From Actinomycetes bacterium (GTDB lineage: Bacteria; Actinomycetota; Actinomycetes; S36-B12), in contig BJGE01000004.1 of NCBI GenBank assembly GCA_014190275.1, forward strand, positions 1 to 63,298: DNA of 63,298 nt, given 5' to 3'. The number at the start of each line of letters is the position of its first letter. Position 1 is the stretch's first letter. Position numbers and translations under genes: made by a program. The notes under the pieces are model-generated. The model saw nothing but the letters and a program-made list of their open reading frames with translations, did no database searches and had not been told where the DNA came from. Positions 22,016 to 32,426 of the stretch are shown piece by piece.

Positions 22016-25000
22016 TTAATTCAGGCAGGATGGTCCAAGCAGTGCTTTCAGGTCGCCATAAAGTGATGAAGATGGTGTCACCCGAAGTTTGTCATCCAGC
22101 CGCAGTACCGTCGTGCTGACTCCGCCCGTTAGGTGCAGGTGCACTTCGGTGGTACCCGGGTGGCCCGCTAGCACCTCTTTAAGTTTATCCACCAAGGGCG
22201 GGATACACCTGGTCGCCGGCATAGTAAGACGCATCGGCCCCGAACCTGCCTCACTTAGATCCGGCACGGTGATGCCAATGGCGATAACCCGGACCCCGTC
22301 ATCTTCACTGCGATCAACACGACCTCTGACCACGATTACTGCATCTTCGACAAGCGAAGTACTTACCGGGAGATAAGTTTGCGGGAAGACCATGATCTCG
22401 ATCGAGCCTTCAAGATCCTCCAAAGTAATGATCGCCCATGATGAACCTTGCTTGGTGGTCTTGCGTTGCACACTCGTGATTAGCCCACCGATTGTTGCCA
22501 CACTTGCATCGGCTCTTTCGTCATTGAGCAAGGCTGCGATCGACCGGTCGGTTAACTCAGCGAGGGCCCGTTCGGCACCCTGCAAGGGATGATCAGATAC
22601 ATAAAGTCCGAGCATCTCGCGCTCATGCGCCAGCAGTACGGATTTTTCCCACTCCCCTAGAGAAATCTCCACCTGGGTAACAAGCGCTCCGTCACCTAGG
22701 GCTTCAAGGCCCCCGAAGAGATCAAATTGCCCAACAGCTTCAGCGCGCTTGATATCGACCGCGGAATCTACAATCTCTTCATGAACCTGGACCAAGCCTT
22801 TGCGGGTATGCCCAAATGAGTCGAAGGCGCCCGCCTTAATGAGGGATTCAACTACCCGCTTATTGCAGACGGCAACTTCAACTTTCGCGATAAAATCATG
22901 GAAGTTTTCGAATCTGCCCACCCGACGCCGGGTTGAAATGATGGAGTCCACCACGTTGCCACCAACATTTCGGATCGCCGAAAGCCCGAATCGAATATCC
23001 GTGCCCCGGGGAGTGAAATCGAAGTCCGAGTCATTTACATCCGGTGGCAAGACCTTGATGCCCATCCGCCGGCACTCATTCAGGTAGATCGCAGAACGAT
23101 CCTTATCGTCTTTTACTGAGGTCAACAATGCCGCCATGTACTCAGCAGGATAATTAGCTTTAAGATACGCGGTCCAGTATGAAACCATTCCGTAGCCGGC
23201 GGTGTGCGCTTTATTGAATGCGTAGTCAGAAAATGGAACTAGGATTTCCCAGAGCCGCGCGATCGCCTCATCCGAGAAGTTGTTGGCGTGCATGCCGGCC
23301 TCAAAAGGAACGAACTCCTTTTTCAGGATTTCCCGTTTCTTCTTACTCATCGCGCGGCGCAACAGATCGGCCTTGCCGAGGGAGTACCCAGCTAATTTCT
23401 GGGCGATTGCCATTACCTGTTCTTGATAAACAATCAAGCCGTAGGTATCGCCGAGAATGTCCGCGAGTGGCTCTTCTAACTCCGGGTGGATGGGAACAAC
23501 TGGCTTACGACCATTCTTGCGATCGGCATAGTCATTATGAGCATTAGCGCCCATCGGGCCGGGGCGATAAAGTGCCAAGACCGCGGAGATGTCCTCGAAA
23601 CTATCCGGTTGCATCGATCGAAGGAGTGCCCGCATCGGGCCCCCATCGAGTTGGAAAACCCCTAGGGTGTCGCCACGAGCGAGAAGTTCAAAGGTAGCTT
23701 CGTTTTCCAAAGTTAAGTCCTCCAGGACCACCAATTCGGATCTATTTGCCTCAATGTATTTGAGGCAGTCATCAAGTACCGTGAGATTTCGGAGCCCCAG
23801 GAAATCCATCTTGAGCAGGCCGAGGGCTTCGCAGGCACCCATATCAAACTGCGTGATGATCGCACCATCTTGATCGCGGCGCCAAACCGGAATGACATCC
23901 ATCAAAGGCTCACGACACAAAATCACTCCGGCGGCATGAACACCTGGTTGCCGCTTCAACCCCTCCAGGCCGCGAGCGGTATCCACTACTCGACGAGCGT
24001 CGTTATCCGACTCATACAAAGCTCTAAATTCGGCGGCCTCGCTGTAGCGGGAATCCTTTGGATCGAATACTCCCGCGAGTGAGATGTCTTTGCCCATCAC
24101 CGCCGGCGGCATCGACTTGGTGATGCGATCACCCAGAGCGTACGGGTAGCCCAAGACCCGGGCACTGTCCTTGATGGCGGCCTTCGCTTTGATGGATCCA
24201 TAGGTGATGATTTGCGCCACATGGGCTTCACCGTATTTGTCCGTGGCGTAACGGATCATGTCTGAGCGTCTGCGCTCATCGAAGTCAATGTCAATATCGG
24301 GCATCGATATTCGCTCCGGGTTCAAAAAGCGTTCGAACAGCAACCCGTGGCGAATCGGATCAAGATCGGTGATACCAAGGGCGTAAGCAAGCATCGAACC
24401 TGCTGCTGAGCCCCGGCCGGGGCCGACCCGAATCGCATTCGACTTGGCATATTGCACCAGGTCGGCCACCACCAAGAAGTAGCCGGGAAAACCCATCTGA
24501 CAGATAACGTCGACCTCGTAGGCGGCTTGGGTCCGGACATTTTCTGGGATGGTCGCACCAAAACGTCGGTGCAGGCCGATTTCAACCTCTTTAACCAGCC
24601 AAGACTCCTCAGACTCACCCGGCGGCACCGGGGATTGCGGCATTAAATTGGCGCCTTCGGCGAACTCAATATTGCACCGCTCCGCGATCAGCAAGGTGTT
24701 ATCGCAGGCCTCGGGGATCTCGCTCCAAAGGGCGCGCATCTCCTGCGAACTTTTTAGATAAAACTCCTGGGCATTGAACCTAAAACGCTTCGGATCGTCA
24801 AGGGTTGTCCGGGTTCCGATGCAAAGCAGCACATCATGGGTTGCCGCATCGGTTGCGTGCACATAATGAAGGTCATTGGTTGCCACGATGGGTAGCGCCA
24901 GCGTGCGCGCTATCCGCAGGAGATCCTCTCGGAACCGTTGTTCAATATCGAGTCCGTGCTCCATGACCTCGCAAAAGTAATTTCCGGCCCCCAAGATATC

Positions 25001-25549
25001 GCGGAAGTCTGCGGCGGCCGCTAAAGCTTTTTCGTATTGGCCGGCTTGCAGCCACCGATTGACCTCACCACTTGGACACCCAGTGGTGCCGATTAGCCCG
25101 GTGCCGTATCTCTGGAGGAGCTCACGATCAAAGCGCGGCTTGTGGTAATAACCCTCAAGGCTCGCGAGGGATGAAAGTCGAAAAAGATTGTGCATACCCG
25201 CGGTATTTTCGGCCCAAAGGGTCATGTGGGTGTAGCTAAATTTGCCACGACCCGCGGTGGGATCCTCCGGCGTGCCCTCATCAAACCCACCACCGAAATC
25301 AAATGGCCGCCGCTCGAATCGCCCCTGTGGCGCGTAGTAACCCTCTAGCCCGATGATGGGCTTGATCCCGTGTTCTCGCGCAGTCTTGTAGAAATCGTAG
25401 GCCCCGTAGAGATTGCCGTGATCGGTCATGGCGATTGCCGGCATCTTCAACTTGACCGCTTCGTACATCAAATCACCAAGTCGCGCCGCACCGTCCAGCA
25501 TTGAGAATTCAGTGTGCACATGTAAATGTACAAACGGATCCTCAGTCAT
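22016..25549 (-). CDS. dnaE: DNA polymerase III alpha subunit
   Basis: 1177 aa with PHP domain start FVHLHVHTEFSMLDGA, polymerase core and OB-fold region. Confidence 0.95.
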   Translation of the reverse strand: MTEDPFVHLHVHTEFSMLDGAARLGDLMYEAVKLKMPAIAMTDHGNLYGAYDFYKTAREHGIKPIIGLEGYYAPQGRFERRPFDFGGGFDEGTPEDPTAGRGKFSYTHMTLWAENTAGMHNLFRLSSLASLEGYYHKPRFDRELLQRYGTGLIGTTGCPSGEVNRWLQAGQYEKALAAAADFRDILGAGNYFCEVMEHGLDIEQRFREDLLRIARTLALPIVATNDLHYVHATDAATHDVLLCIGTRTTLDDPKRFRFNAQEFYLKSSQEMRALWSEIPEACDNTLLIAERCNIEFAEGANLMPQSPVPPGESEESWLVKEVEIGLHRRFGATIPENVRTQAAYEVDVICQMGFPGYFLVVADLVQYAKSNAIRVGPGRGSAAGSMLAYALGITDLDPIRHGLLFERFLNPERISMPDIDIDFDERRRSDMIRYATDKYGEAHVAQIITYGSIKAKAAIKDSARVLGYPYALGDRITKSMPPAVMGKDISLAGVFDPKDSRYSEAAEFRALYESDNDARRVVDTARGLEGLKRQPGVHAAGVILCREPLMDVIPVWRRDQDGAIITQFDMGACEALGLLKMDFLGLRNLTVLDDCLKYIEANRSELVVLEDLTLENEATFELLARGDTLGVFQLDGGPMRALLRSMQPDSFEDISAVLALYRPGPMGANAHNDYADRKNGRKPVVPIHPELEEPLADILGDTYGLIVYQEQVMAIAQKLAGYSLGKADLLRRAMSKKKREILKKEFVPFEAGMHANNFSDEAIARLWEILVPFSDYAFNKAHTAGYGMVSYWTAYLKANYPAEYMAALLTSVKDDKDRSAIYLNECRRMGIKVLPPDVNDSDFDFTPRGTDIRFGLSAIRNVGGNVVDSIISTRRRVGRFENFHDFIAKVEVAVCNKRVVESLIKAGAFDSFGHTRKGLVQVHEEIVDSAVDIKRAEAVGQFDLFGGLEALGDGALVTQVEISLGEWEKSVLLAHEREMLGLYVSDHPLQGAERALAELTDRSIAALLNDERADASVATIGGLITSVQRKTTKQGSSWAIITLEDLEGSIEIMVFPQTYLPVSTSLVEDAVIVVRGRVDRSEDDGVRVIAIGITVPDLSEAGSGPMRLTMPATRCIPPLVDKLKEVLAGHPGTTEVHLHLTGGVSTTVLRLDDKLRVTPSSSLYGDLKALLGPSCLN

Positions 25550-25570
25550 TAACCCACCTTAACTTTCCGG

Positions 25571-26542
25571 TCATGTGCCTTCTTGCAGGCGCTCCAAAGC
25601 CACCTTCAGATCAGTCGGATATTCGCTTTCAACGCAAATCCACTCCCCGCTGCCGGGGTGCTCGAACCCCAACCGCACCGCGTGCAACCACTGTCGCTTC
25701 AACCCCAACTTTGCGGCAAGTACCGGATCAGCACCATAGGTCAGATCACCAATACATGGGTGCCTCATGGCTGCGGTGTGGACGCGGATTTGGTGGGTTC
25801 GCCCAGTTTCTAGGTGAATCTCCACCAAGGAACCGTGCGAAAACGCCTCCAGGGTTTCGTAATGCGTGATGCTCGGCTTACCGCCGCTGACCACCGCGAA
25901 CCGATAATCTTGGGCCGGGTGCCGATCAATCGGCGCGTCAATGGTGCCCCGTAACGGGTCAAGTAGTCCTTGAACAACGCCGTGATACATCTTGTCAACA
26001 GTGCGATCCTTGAATTGGCGCTTAAGGCTTGCGTAGGCCCGCTCGCTCTTAGCAACCATCATGACGCCGGATGTTCCGACATCTAGCCGGTGCACCACGC
26101 CCTGCCGCTCCGCCGCCCCCGATGTTGCGATCCGGTGCCCGGCGGCGGCTAGGCCGCCGATTACCGTTGGGCCCGTCCATCCCGGGCTTGGATGGGCGGC
26201 GACTCCCACCGGCTTATCGACGACCACCACCTCGTCATCTTCAAAAAGCACAGCTATCGGCACCGGGTCAGCCATGGCTTCGCGAATACCGCCCGCACCG
26301 GTGGAAACCTGACCAGTGAGTAATTCCGTATCGATTTGGAACGTGGCTCCCGGCTGCAGTCGATCACCCTTTGTCACCGGTCGACCGTCGACGAGCACCC
26401 CACCATTACCCACTAATTCCCCGGCACGCGCCCGAGACAGGCCGAGTAGCCGCATCAAGGCTAGGTCTACGCGCTCACCGGCTAAGCCCTCGGGTACTGG
26501 GACTTGACGGGAATTCATTGGCCAGGTCTCATTTATCGACAA
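25571..26542 (-). CDS. rluD: RluA-family 23S rRNA pseudouridine synthase (RluD-like)
   Basis: N-terminal S4-like segment and the catalytic motif HRLDVGTSGVMMVAK. Confidence 0.85.
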   Translation of the reverse strand: MSINETWPMNSRQVPVPEGLAGERVDLALMRLLGLSRARAGELVGNGGVLVDGRPVTKGDRLQPGATFQIDTELLTGQVSTGAGGIREAMADPVPIAVLFEDDEVVVVDKPVGVAAHPSPGWTGPTVIGGLAAAGHRIATSGAAERQGVVHRLDVGTSGVMMVAKSERAYASLKRQFKDRTVDKMYHGVVQGLLDPLRGTIDAPIDRHPAQDYRFAVVSGGKPSITHYETLEAFSHGSLVEIHLETGRTHQIRVHTAAMRHPCIGDLTYGADPVLAAKLGLKRQWLHAVRLGFEHPGSGEWICVESEYPTDLKVALERLQEGT

Positions 26543-27062
26543 CGGCGGGTGCGGCCGCCCCCTTGTAGTTCACGCCGAAAAAGGTGAGCGCAACCATCAA
26601 GATCGCCGAACCCACAACACACATGTCCGCCACATTAAACACCGGCCAATAGGGCAGTTGAATGAAGTCCACCACATATCCCCGACCCACCCCCGGCGCC
26701 CGGGTCAGCCGGTCAATTAGATTACCGATGGCACCGCCCAGTAGGCCCCCTAAGGCCACCGCCCACCAGATACTGCCAAGACGAGTCGCGGTCCGAATGA
26801 TCACGATGATTACCGTGAGCGCGATCAATGAGAAGATCCAGGTGACACCGGTACCGAGACTGAAAGCCGCTCCGGTATTTTCCGTGTAAATCAACCTCAG
26901 CCAAGAACCCACAAGGTTGATCGGGCCCTCGCCACCGGACACCATGCGTGGACGCATAGTGCTTACCGCCCAGCTTTTGGTCCACTGATCCAGAGCGATC
27001 ACAGCTACCGCCACTATGGCGACAACAATCATGCTCTTCGAGCGAATATTGCGCGAAGTCAC
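26529..27062 (-). CDS. lspA: Lipoprotein signal peptidase (signal peptidase II)
   Basis: Four TM helices with GGAIGNLIDR, VVDFI and FNVADM motifs. Confidence 0.85.
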   Translation of the reverse strand: MTSRNIRSKSMIVVAIVAVAVIALDQWTKSWAVSTMRPRMVSGGEGPINLVGSWLRLIYTENTGAAFSLGTGVTWIFSLIALTVIIVIIRTATRLGSIWWAVALGGLLGGAIGNLIDRLTRAPGVGRGYVVDFIQLPYWPVFNVADMCVVGSAILMVALTFFGVNYKGAAAPAVVDK

Positions 27063-27116
27063 GCCCCCACTCTACGGGGGCCACACCCGCGCGTCCGCAT
27101 CGTGCCAGCGCCCCGG

Positions 27117-27712
27117 TTAGTAGCGCTCTTCGGCCTGTTTACACACTAAACACAAAGTTGCCCGCGGGAACGCCTGCAGGCGGTATTTGCCGATGGGTTT
27201 GCCACACGATTCACACGCCCCATAGGTACCGTCATCAATCCGGGCAAGGGCATGGTGTAGCTGCAGCAGCATGTCGCGCGCATTATTGGCCAGCGACATC
27301 CCATGCTCGCGCTCAAATGCCTTGCTGCCCGCATCGGCTTGGTCATCGCCGGCACCGTCACCGGAATCTAGGATCAGGGCAACGAGCCCTTCTTCGGCCG
27401 ACACAATTTCCTCTTCTAGCCGAATTACCTCTACATCCAATTCGGCGCGCACCTGTCGCAGCTCCGCCGCCGTCCACGGGGTTTCATCCTCACGGACCAC
27501 CGGACGCTTCTTCTCCACCGGCTTCTTCACCGGCTGCTTCTGGCCGGCTACCGGCTGCTTAACCGGGGCGGCCTTTTTTACCGGTTTTTTAGCCGGCGCG
27601 GCCTTCTTAACCGGTTTTTTAGCCGGGACGGCCTTTTTAACCGGTTTTTTAACCGGTTTTTTGACCGGGGCAGACTTTTTAACCTGTTTTTTAGCCGGCG
27701 CGGCCTTCTTCG
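27117..27712 (-). CDS. TraR/DksA-family C4 zinc-finger protein with Lys/Pro/Ala-rich N-terminal repeat domain
   Basis: C-terminal CESCGKPIGKYRLQAFPRATLCLVCK (CxxC-N17-CxxC). N-terminal segment of roughly 75 aa made of KKPVKKAAPA-type repeats. Start taken at GTG 27712, preceded by AAGGAGG; the longer ORF (to 27869) would cover the ileS promoter region. Confidence 0.75.
27570..27659 (-). repeat. Three tandem 30-bp coding repeats (KKPVKKAAPA units)
   Basis: Plus-strand copies are ggccttttttaccggttttttagccggcgc, ggccttcttaaccggttttttagccgggac and ggcctttttaaccggttttttaaccggttt. More degenerate copies flank them. Confidence 0.8.
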
Positions 27713-27721
27713 CTGCCACCA

Positions 27722-27751
27722 CTACCCCTCCTTGCAAACCTTGACCGAGCC
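27722..27751 (+). promoter_or_regulatory. Candidate ileS promoter (TTGCAA-N18-TATAGA)
   Basis: -35-like TTGCAA at 27722-27727 and -10-like TATAGA at 27746-27751, in the divergent spacer upstream of the ileS ATG at 27870. Sequence match only. Confidence 0.3.
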
Positions 27752-27869
27752 GGACTATAGATGGCCAAGCCCCAGATTCAACCGCACCGCGCCGCAGCGG
27801 GCCACCCGAGCCATGAATCAGGCCGATATCCTGCCTACTCGAGTAACAGCCAACCGGGAAAGGACCCAC

Positions 27870-30800
27870 ATGTACCGGCCCGTCCCAGCGCAGGTTGACC
27901 TACCTGCCCTGGAGCACGAGGTACTTACCGGGTGGGAGGAGGAAGGCATTTTTGCCGCTTCGGTGGCCCAAAGCCAAGGCCGGCCGCCTTGGGTCTTTTA
28001 CGAGGGACCACCAACCGCCAACGGCACGCCCGGTACCCACCATGTCGAAGCCCGAGTCTTCAAAGACGTCTTCCCGCGCTACCGGACCATGAAGGGTTAC
28101 CACGTCCAACGCCAAGCCGGCTGGGATTGCCATGGCCTGCCCGTTGAGCTGTTCGTCGAAAAGGAGCTCGGCTTCACGGGCAAGCAAGATATCGAGGCTT
28201 ATGGGGTGGCTGAATTCAATGCCCGCTGCCGCGAATCGGTGCTAAGGCATGTCGATGAATTCACCGAGATGACCAGGCGAATGGGCTATTGGGTCGACAC
28301 CGATGCGGCCTATTGGACAATGGATCCAAATTACATTCAGAGCGTCTGGTGGTCACTTAAGCAGATTTTCGAAAAGGGTCTGCTGGTTCAAGACCACCGC
28401 GTTGCACCGTATTGCCCTCGCTGCGGTACGGGGTTATCCGATCATGAACTCGCCCAAGGCTACGAAAGTGTCATAGACCCATCGGTGTATGTCCGGTTCC
28501 CGGTAACAGATAGTGACTTTCTTGTACGTTTTCCCGGTGCTGCATTGTTGGTCTGGACCACCACCCCTTGGACCTTGGTTTCCAATACCGCCGTTGCGGT
28601 AAAGCCCACCGCCGAGTACGCCGTGGTGGCAACAGCGGATGGTGAAACCCTCGTGGTAGCAGCCGCACTGATCAATCAAATCTTCGCCGAACCGGTAACC
28701 GTGTTGGCCACCATGTCCGGCACCGAACTTGAACGTCTTTCCTATCAACGCCCATTCGAATATGTCGAAATCCCCGACGCGCATTACGTAGTTTTGGCCG
28801 ATTACGTAACCACCGAGGATGGCACGGGCCTGGTGCATCAAGCGCCCGCTTTTGGTGCCGACGACCTAATTACCTGTCGCGCTTATGGGTTACCCGTGGT
28901 GAATCCGGTGCTGCCGGATGGTCACTTCGCCCCCGACGTGCCCGTAGTCGGCGGTCAGTTTTTCAAAAAAGCCGATGCCGTACTAATCAAGACTTTGAAG
29001 GAAACCGGCTTGATGTTCAAGCACGATGATTACGAACATTCGTACCCACACTGCTGGCGCTGCCACACGCCATTGATCTATTACGCACAGCCCTCTTGGT
29101 ATATCCGCACCACCGCCATTAAAGATCAACTACTTGCCCAAAATGAGCAAACCAATTGGTTTCCCGAGGGCATCAAGTGGGGCCGCTATGGCGACTGGTT
29201 GAATAACAACGTTGACTGGGCTCTATCGCGCAACCGCTACTGGGGCACCCCGCTGCCAATTTGGCGTTGCCCGGATGGGCACCTCACCGCGGTAGCCTCG
29301 ATGGCTGAACTCGGTGAACTAGCTGGTAAGGATGTCAGCTCGGTTGACCCGCACCGACCCTATGTTGACTACATCACCATGCCCTGCCCGACCTGTGGGC
29401 TCATTTCGCATCGGGTACCCGAAGTTATCGACTGCTGGTACGACTCTGGGGCAATGCCATTTGCCGCGGTCGGCTATCCGCTCCAAAACACTGAAGGTTT
29501 CCAAGAGCAATATCCGGCCGACTTCATCTGCGAGGCAATCGATCAAACCCGCGGCTGGTTCTACACGCTGATGGCCATCGGGACCTTAGTTTTCGAGGAG
29601 TCGTCCTATAAGAATGTCGTTTGCCTCGGCCACATTCTCGACGAAGACGGTCGCAAGATGTCAAAGCATCTAGGTAATGTCCTTGAGCCGATCGGTTTGA
29701 TGAATGAGCATGGCGCCGACGCCGTGCGCTGGTTCATGCTGGCTAGTGGCTCACCTTGGCAGGCACGCCGTGTTGGTCACGCCGCAATTGGCGACGTGGT
29801 GCGCAAAACCTTACTGACCTACTGGAACACCGTTTCCTTTCTCTCCCTTTATGCCCGACTTTCCGATTGGGAGCCGGCCGCCCCCGCCCCCGAGCCAAAC
29901 CAGCGCCCCGTCATTGACCGTTGGGTACTGTCTGAAGCCAACCGACTAGCACGCGATGTCGATGCGGCCCTGGAAGCATTTGACACGCAGCGCGCCGGGC
30001 GCCTGTTGTCGACGTTCATCGACAATCTTTCGAATTGGTATGTGCGCAGATCTCGACGTCGCTTTTGGGACGGCGACCCCGCCGCACTGGCAACATTGCA
30101 TGAGGCGTTACACACCACCACCTTGTGCCTCGCCCCGTTCACCCCATTCATCACCGAACGGGTGTGGCAGGACCTCTACCGCGCCACCGACCCCACTGCA
30201 CCAAAATCGGTGCATCTGGCAAGTTGGCCAGCAGTCAATGCAAACCTTATTGATGAGCGCCTGGGTGCAGATATGGCTTTGGTCCGACGCATTGTTGAGC
30301 TAGGTCGCGCTGCTCGCGCATCAAGTGGAGTGCGCACCCGGCAACCACTGGGGCGGGCACTCGTGTCGGCCAACGGGTGGTTAGAACTCGCACCAGAGTT
30401 ACGCGAGCAAGTTTGTGAGGAGCTCAATATCAGCACGGTCGAATCCCTAGATGACGGCGGCGCGGGCTTCGTCGACACGACCCTAAAAGCCAACTTTCGT
30501 TCCCTGGGGCAACGCTTCGGCAAGCAAACTCCGGCCATCGCGGCAGCCATCAGTGCTGCCAACCCTGCTGACATGATCGCAGCCATCCGGGTGGATGGAG
30601 CGCTCACCTTGGCGGTCGCCGGTGTCGGCGCGGTTAGTGTCACTGAAGCAGACTTGGTCATTACCGAGACCCCACGCGAAGGTTGGGCCGTAGCCGCCGA
30701 TGCCGGTGAGAGCATCGCCCTGGACCTCACCATTACGGATGAATTGCGTCGAGCCGGATTGGCCCGCGAGATCGTCCGTGCCATTCAAGAGGCCCGCAAG

Positions 30801-31013
30801 AATGCCGGCCTTGATGTCGCGGACCGAATTAATGTCTGTTGGTCAAGTACCGATGGCGATGTGCTTGCGACCATGGCCGAGCATGGCCTGCTTATTAGCG
30901 CCGAAGTACTCGCCCCTGCACTGACCCAGGTTGCGAACGACTGGCCCGAAAGTGCTAACACATCGGTTAATGTGCCTGAGACAGAACTAGAACTACGATT
31001 CAGCCGCGTCTAA
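27870..31013 (+). CDS. ileS: Isoleucyl-tRNA synthetase
   Basis: PPTANGTPGTHH (HIGH-type) and GRKMSKHLGN (KMSKS) motifs. Start taken at ATG 27870 (MYRPVPAQVD), preceded by GGGAAAGGA. Confidence 0.95.
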   Translation: MYRPVPAQVDLPALEHEVLTGWEEEGIFAASVAQSQGRPPWVFYEGPPTANGTPGTHHVEARVFKDVFPRYRTMKGYHVQRQAGWDCHGLPVELFVEKELGFTGKQDIEAYGVAEFNARCRESVLRHVDEFTEMTRRMGYWVDTDAAYWTMDPNYIQSVWWSLKQIFEKGLLVQDHRVAPYCPRCGTGLSDHELAQGYESVIDPSVYVRFPVTDSDFLVRFPGAALLVWTTTPWTLVSNTAVAVKPTAEYAVVATADGETLVVAAALINQIFAEPVTVLATMSGTELERLSYQRPFEYVEIPDAHYVVLADYVTTEDGTGLVHQAPAFGADDLITCRAYGLPVVNPVLPDGHFAPDVPVVGGQFFKKADAVLIKTLKETGLMFKHDDYEHSYPHCWRCHTPLIYYAQPSWYIRTTAIKDQLLAQNEQTNWFPEGIKWGRYGDWLNNNVDWALSRNRYWGTPLPIWRCPDGHLTAVASMAELGELAGKDVSSVDPHRPYVDYITMPCPTCGLISHRVPEVIDCWYDSGAMPFAAVGYPLQNTEGFQEQYPADFICEAIDQTRGWFYTLMAIGTLVFEESSYKNVVCLGHILDEDGRKMSKHLGNVLEPIGLMNEHGADAVRWFMLASGSPWQARRVGHAAIGDVVRKTLLTYWNTVSFLSLYARLSDWEPAAPAPEPNQRPVIDRWVLSEANRLARDVDAALEAFDTQRAGRLLSTFIDNLSNWYVRRSRRRFWDGDPAALATLHEALHTTTLCLAPFTPFITERVWQDLYRATDPTAPKSVHLASWPAVNANLIDERLGADMALVRRIVELGRAARASSGVRTRQPLGRALVSANGWLELAPELREQVCEELNISTVESLDDGGAGFVDTTLKANFRSLGQRFGKQTPAIAAAISAANPADMIAAIRVDGALTLAVAGVGAVSVTEADLVITETPREGWAVAADAGESIALDLTITDELRRAGLAREIVRAIQEARKNAGLDVADRINVCWSSTDGDVLATMAEHGLLISAEVLAPALTQVANDWPESANTSVNVPETELELRFSRV

Positions 31014-31460
31014 CCGCGCGAGTTCAGCGATCTGCGCCTCGAGTCGAGTGCGTAGGTCGGCGCGGATACCCTGCACCTGTTTGTTCGCGGCCCCAATTAT
31101 TTCATCGGCGGTGGCCTGCGCGATTGCCAAGACGGTGGCAGCGTCGCCGGTAAATAAACTTTTGTCCGGTCGGACAATCTCAACGGTGTCCTGGCGGGTT
31201 TCCGGTGCATTCATGATCCGTACCCGATCACCAGTCGCCGCCAACTCCAGATCAGCCGCGCGCAACCGGAGTTGCAATTGCGCATACTGGGTCCGCAGAA
31301 CCGCAGCTTCATCCCGTGACTTTTGAAGGTCTGCGGTCAGGGTGGCAATATCCGACTCCACGATATCAAGGAACGCGTCAACTTCGTCCACGTCGTACCC
31401 GGCACGGACCCTAGTTGTCGCGAATTGGGTGGCGCGCACGTCGGCTGGGGTCAGGGCCAT
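30993..31460 (-). CDS. divIVA: DivIVA-domain cell-division/polar-growth protein
   Basis: MALTPADVRATQFATTRVRAGYDVDEVDAFLD is the canonical DivIVA N-terminus, followed by coiled-coil sequence. Its 3' end overlaps the ileS 3' end by 21 bp (convergent). Confidence 0.85.
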   Translation of the reverse strand: MALTPADVRATQFATTRVRAGYDVDEVDAFLDIVESDIATLTADLQKSRDEAAVLRTQYAQLQLRLRAADLELAATGDRVRIMNAPETRQDTVEIVRPDKSLFTGDAATVLAIAQATADEIIGAANKQVQGIRADLRTRLEAQIAELARLDAAES

Positions 31461-31507
31461 CCAAGCCTCCTCATCAGAGCATCAACTAGTCACCCATAAA
31501 AGATCGG

Positions 31508-31792
31508 CTAAATCATCAAAGCAAAATTGATCAATACCTGAAGCAGAATCAAAATGATCAAGAAAGCCAGGTCGAGCTGGACGGCGCCAAGTCGCAAGGG
31601 TGGTATTACTCGGCGAAGTACGCGAAGTGGTGGATCCGTGACCGTGTAAATGGCCTCAGCGAGCAGCAGGATCGGGCCGCGAGGTCGCCAAGAGCGGGCG
31701 AATGACTGCACTAGGTCAAATACGATTCGCACGATAAAGAGCAGCCAGTAGATCCAGAGGACCGTAGCGAGCAGCTGTCCGATGCCGCTCAT
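31508..31792 (-). CDS. yggT: YggT-family membrane protein
   Basis: 94 aa with two or three hydrophobic helices, in the conserved sepF-yggT-divIVA position. Confidence 0.7.
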   Translation of the reverse strand: MSGIGQLLATVLWIYWLLFIVRIVFDLVQSFARSWRPRGPILLLAEAIYTVTDPPLRVLRRVIPPLRLGAVQLDLAFLIILILLQVLINFALMI

Positions 31793-31830
31793 GTTGTTAC
31801 TCCCCGAATAGTTGCGGACATACAGACGAT

Positions 31831-32388
31831 CTAACTCTGATTGAAGAACCCATCCTGCGCTAGTTGCTGCCGCGCGGCCTCTCCAACATCAACATTTACC
31901 GGCGAGAGCAAGAATACCTTGTTCGTAACCCGCTCAATCGCACCACGTTGACCAAATACCAGCCCGGCCGCGAAATCGATAATGCGCTTGGCGTCACTAT
32001 CATCAAGCTCGGAGAGATTCATGATCACCGGGACACCCTCGCGGTACTCCTCGCCAATGCGGCGGGCATCGTTGTAGCTGCGCGGGTGAATTGTCTCGAT
32101 CCGACTGATATCGGCCACCGCTGGGGCGGCTGGCCTGCGCGTTGCCGGCTCATCGTCACCGCGGAAAGTGCGAACGGCTCGCGGTTGTGACACCGAACGC
32201 ACATTTTTCTCAGAGGTGCGCTCGTCCGGGTAGTCGTCATATCCCCTGCGATCGCCAGCTCGGGTTTCGCGGGTACGCACATCGCGGCGCACATCGTCGT
32301 AATCGTCGTACTCCGCTACCCCCGGGTCCTCAACTAAACCTAGGTAGACGGCCATCTTGCGCATCGCGCCAGCCACGTCGTCCTCCAC
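31831..32388 (-). CDS. sepF: Cell division protein SepF
   Basis: [11 protein letters not shown]-terminal membrane-targeting segment, a disordered linker, and a C-terminal domain ([26 protein letters not shown]). The true start is probably 32364 or 32355. Confidence 0.85.
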   Translation of the reverse strand: MEDDVAGAMRKMAVYLGLVEDPGVAEYDDYDDVRRDVRTRETRAGDRRGYDDYPDERTSEKNVRSVSQPRAVRTFRGDDEPATRRPAAPAVADISRIETIHPRSYNDARRIGEEYREGVPVIMNLSELDDSDAKRIIDFAAGLVFGQRGAIERVTNKVFLLSPVNVDVGEAARQQLAQDGFFNQS

Positions 32389-32426
32389 CTCATTTTCGGA
32401 CTAACTAACCCTTGACCTTACGGCAG

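Noticed and set aside
27713-27869. Possible T-box leader upstream of ileS. Actinobacterial ileS genes are known to carry translational T-box riboswitches.
   Set aside because: The leader downstream of the candidate promoter is only about 110 nt long. I could not find the T-box core (GGUGGUACCGCG-like); only a partial CACCGCG is present. I also could not find a convincing specifier loop. A covariance-model scan would be decisive.
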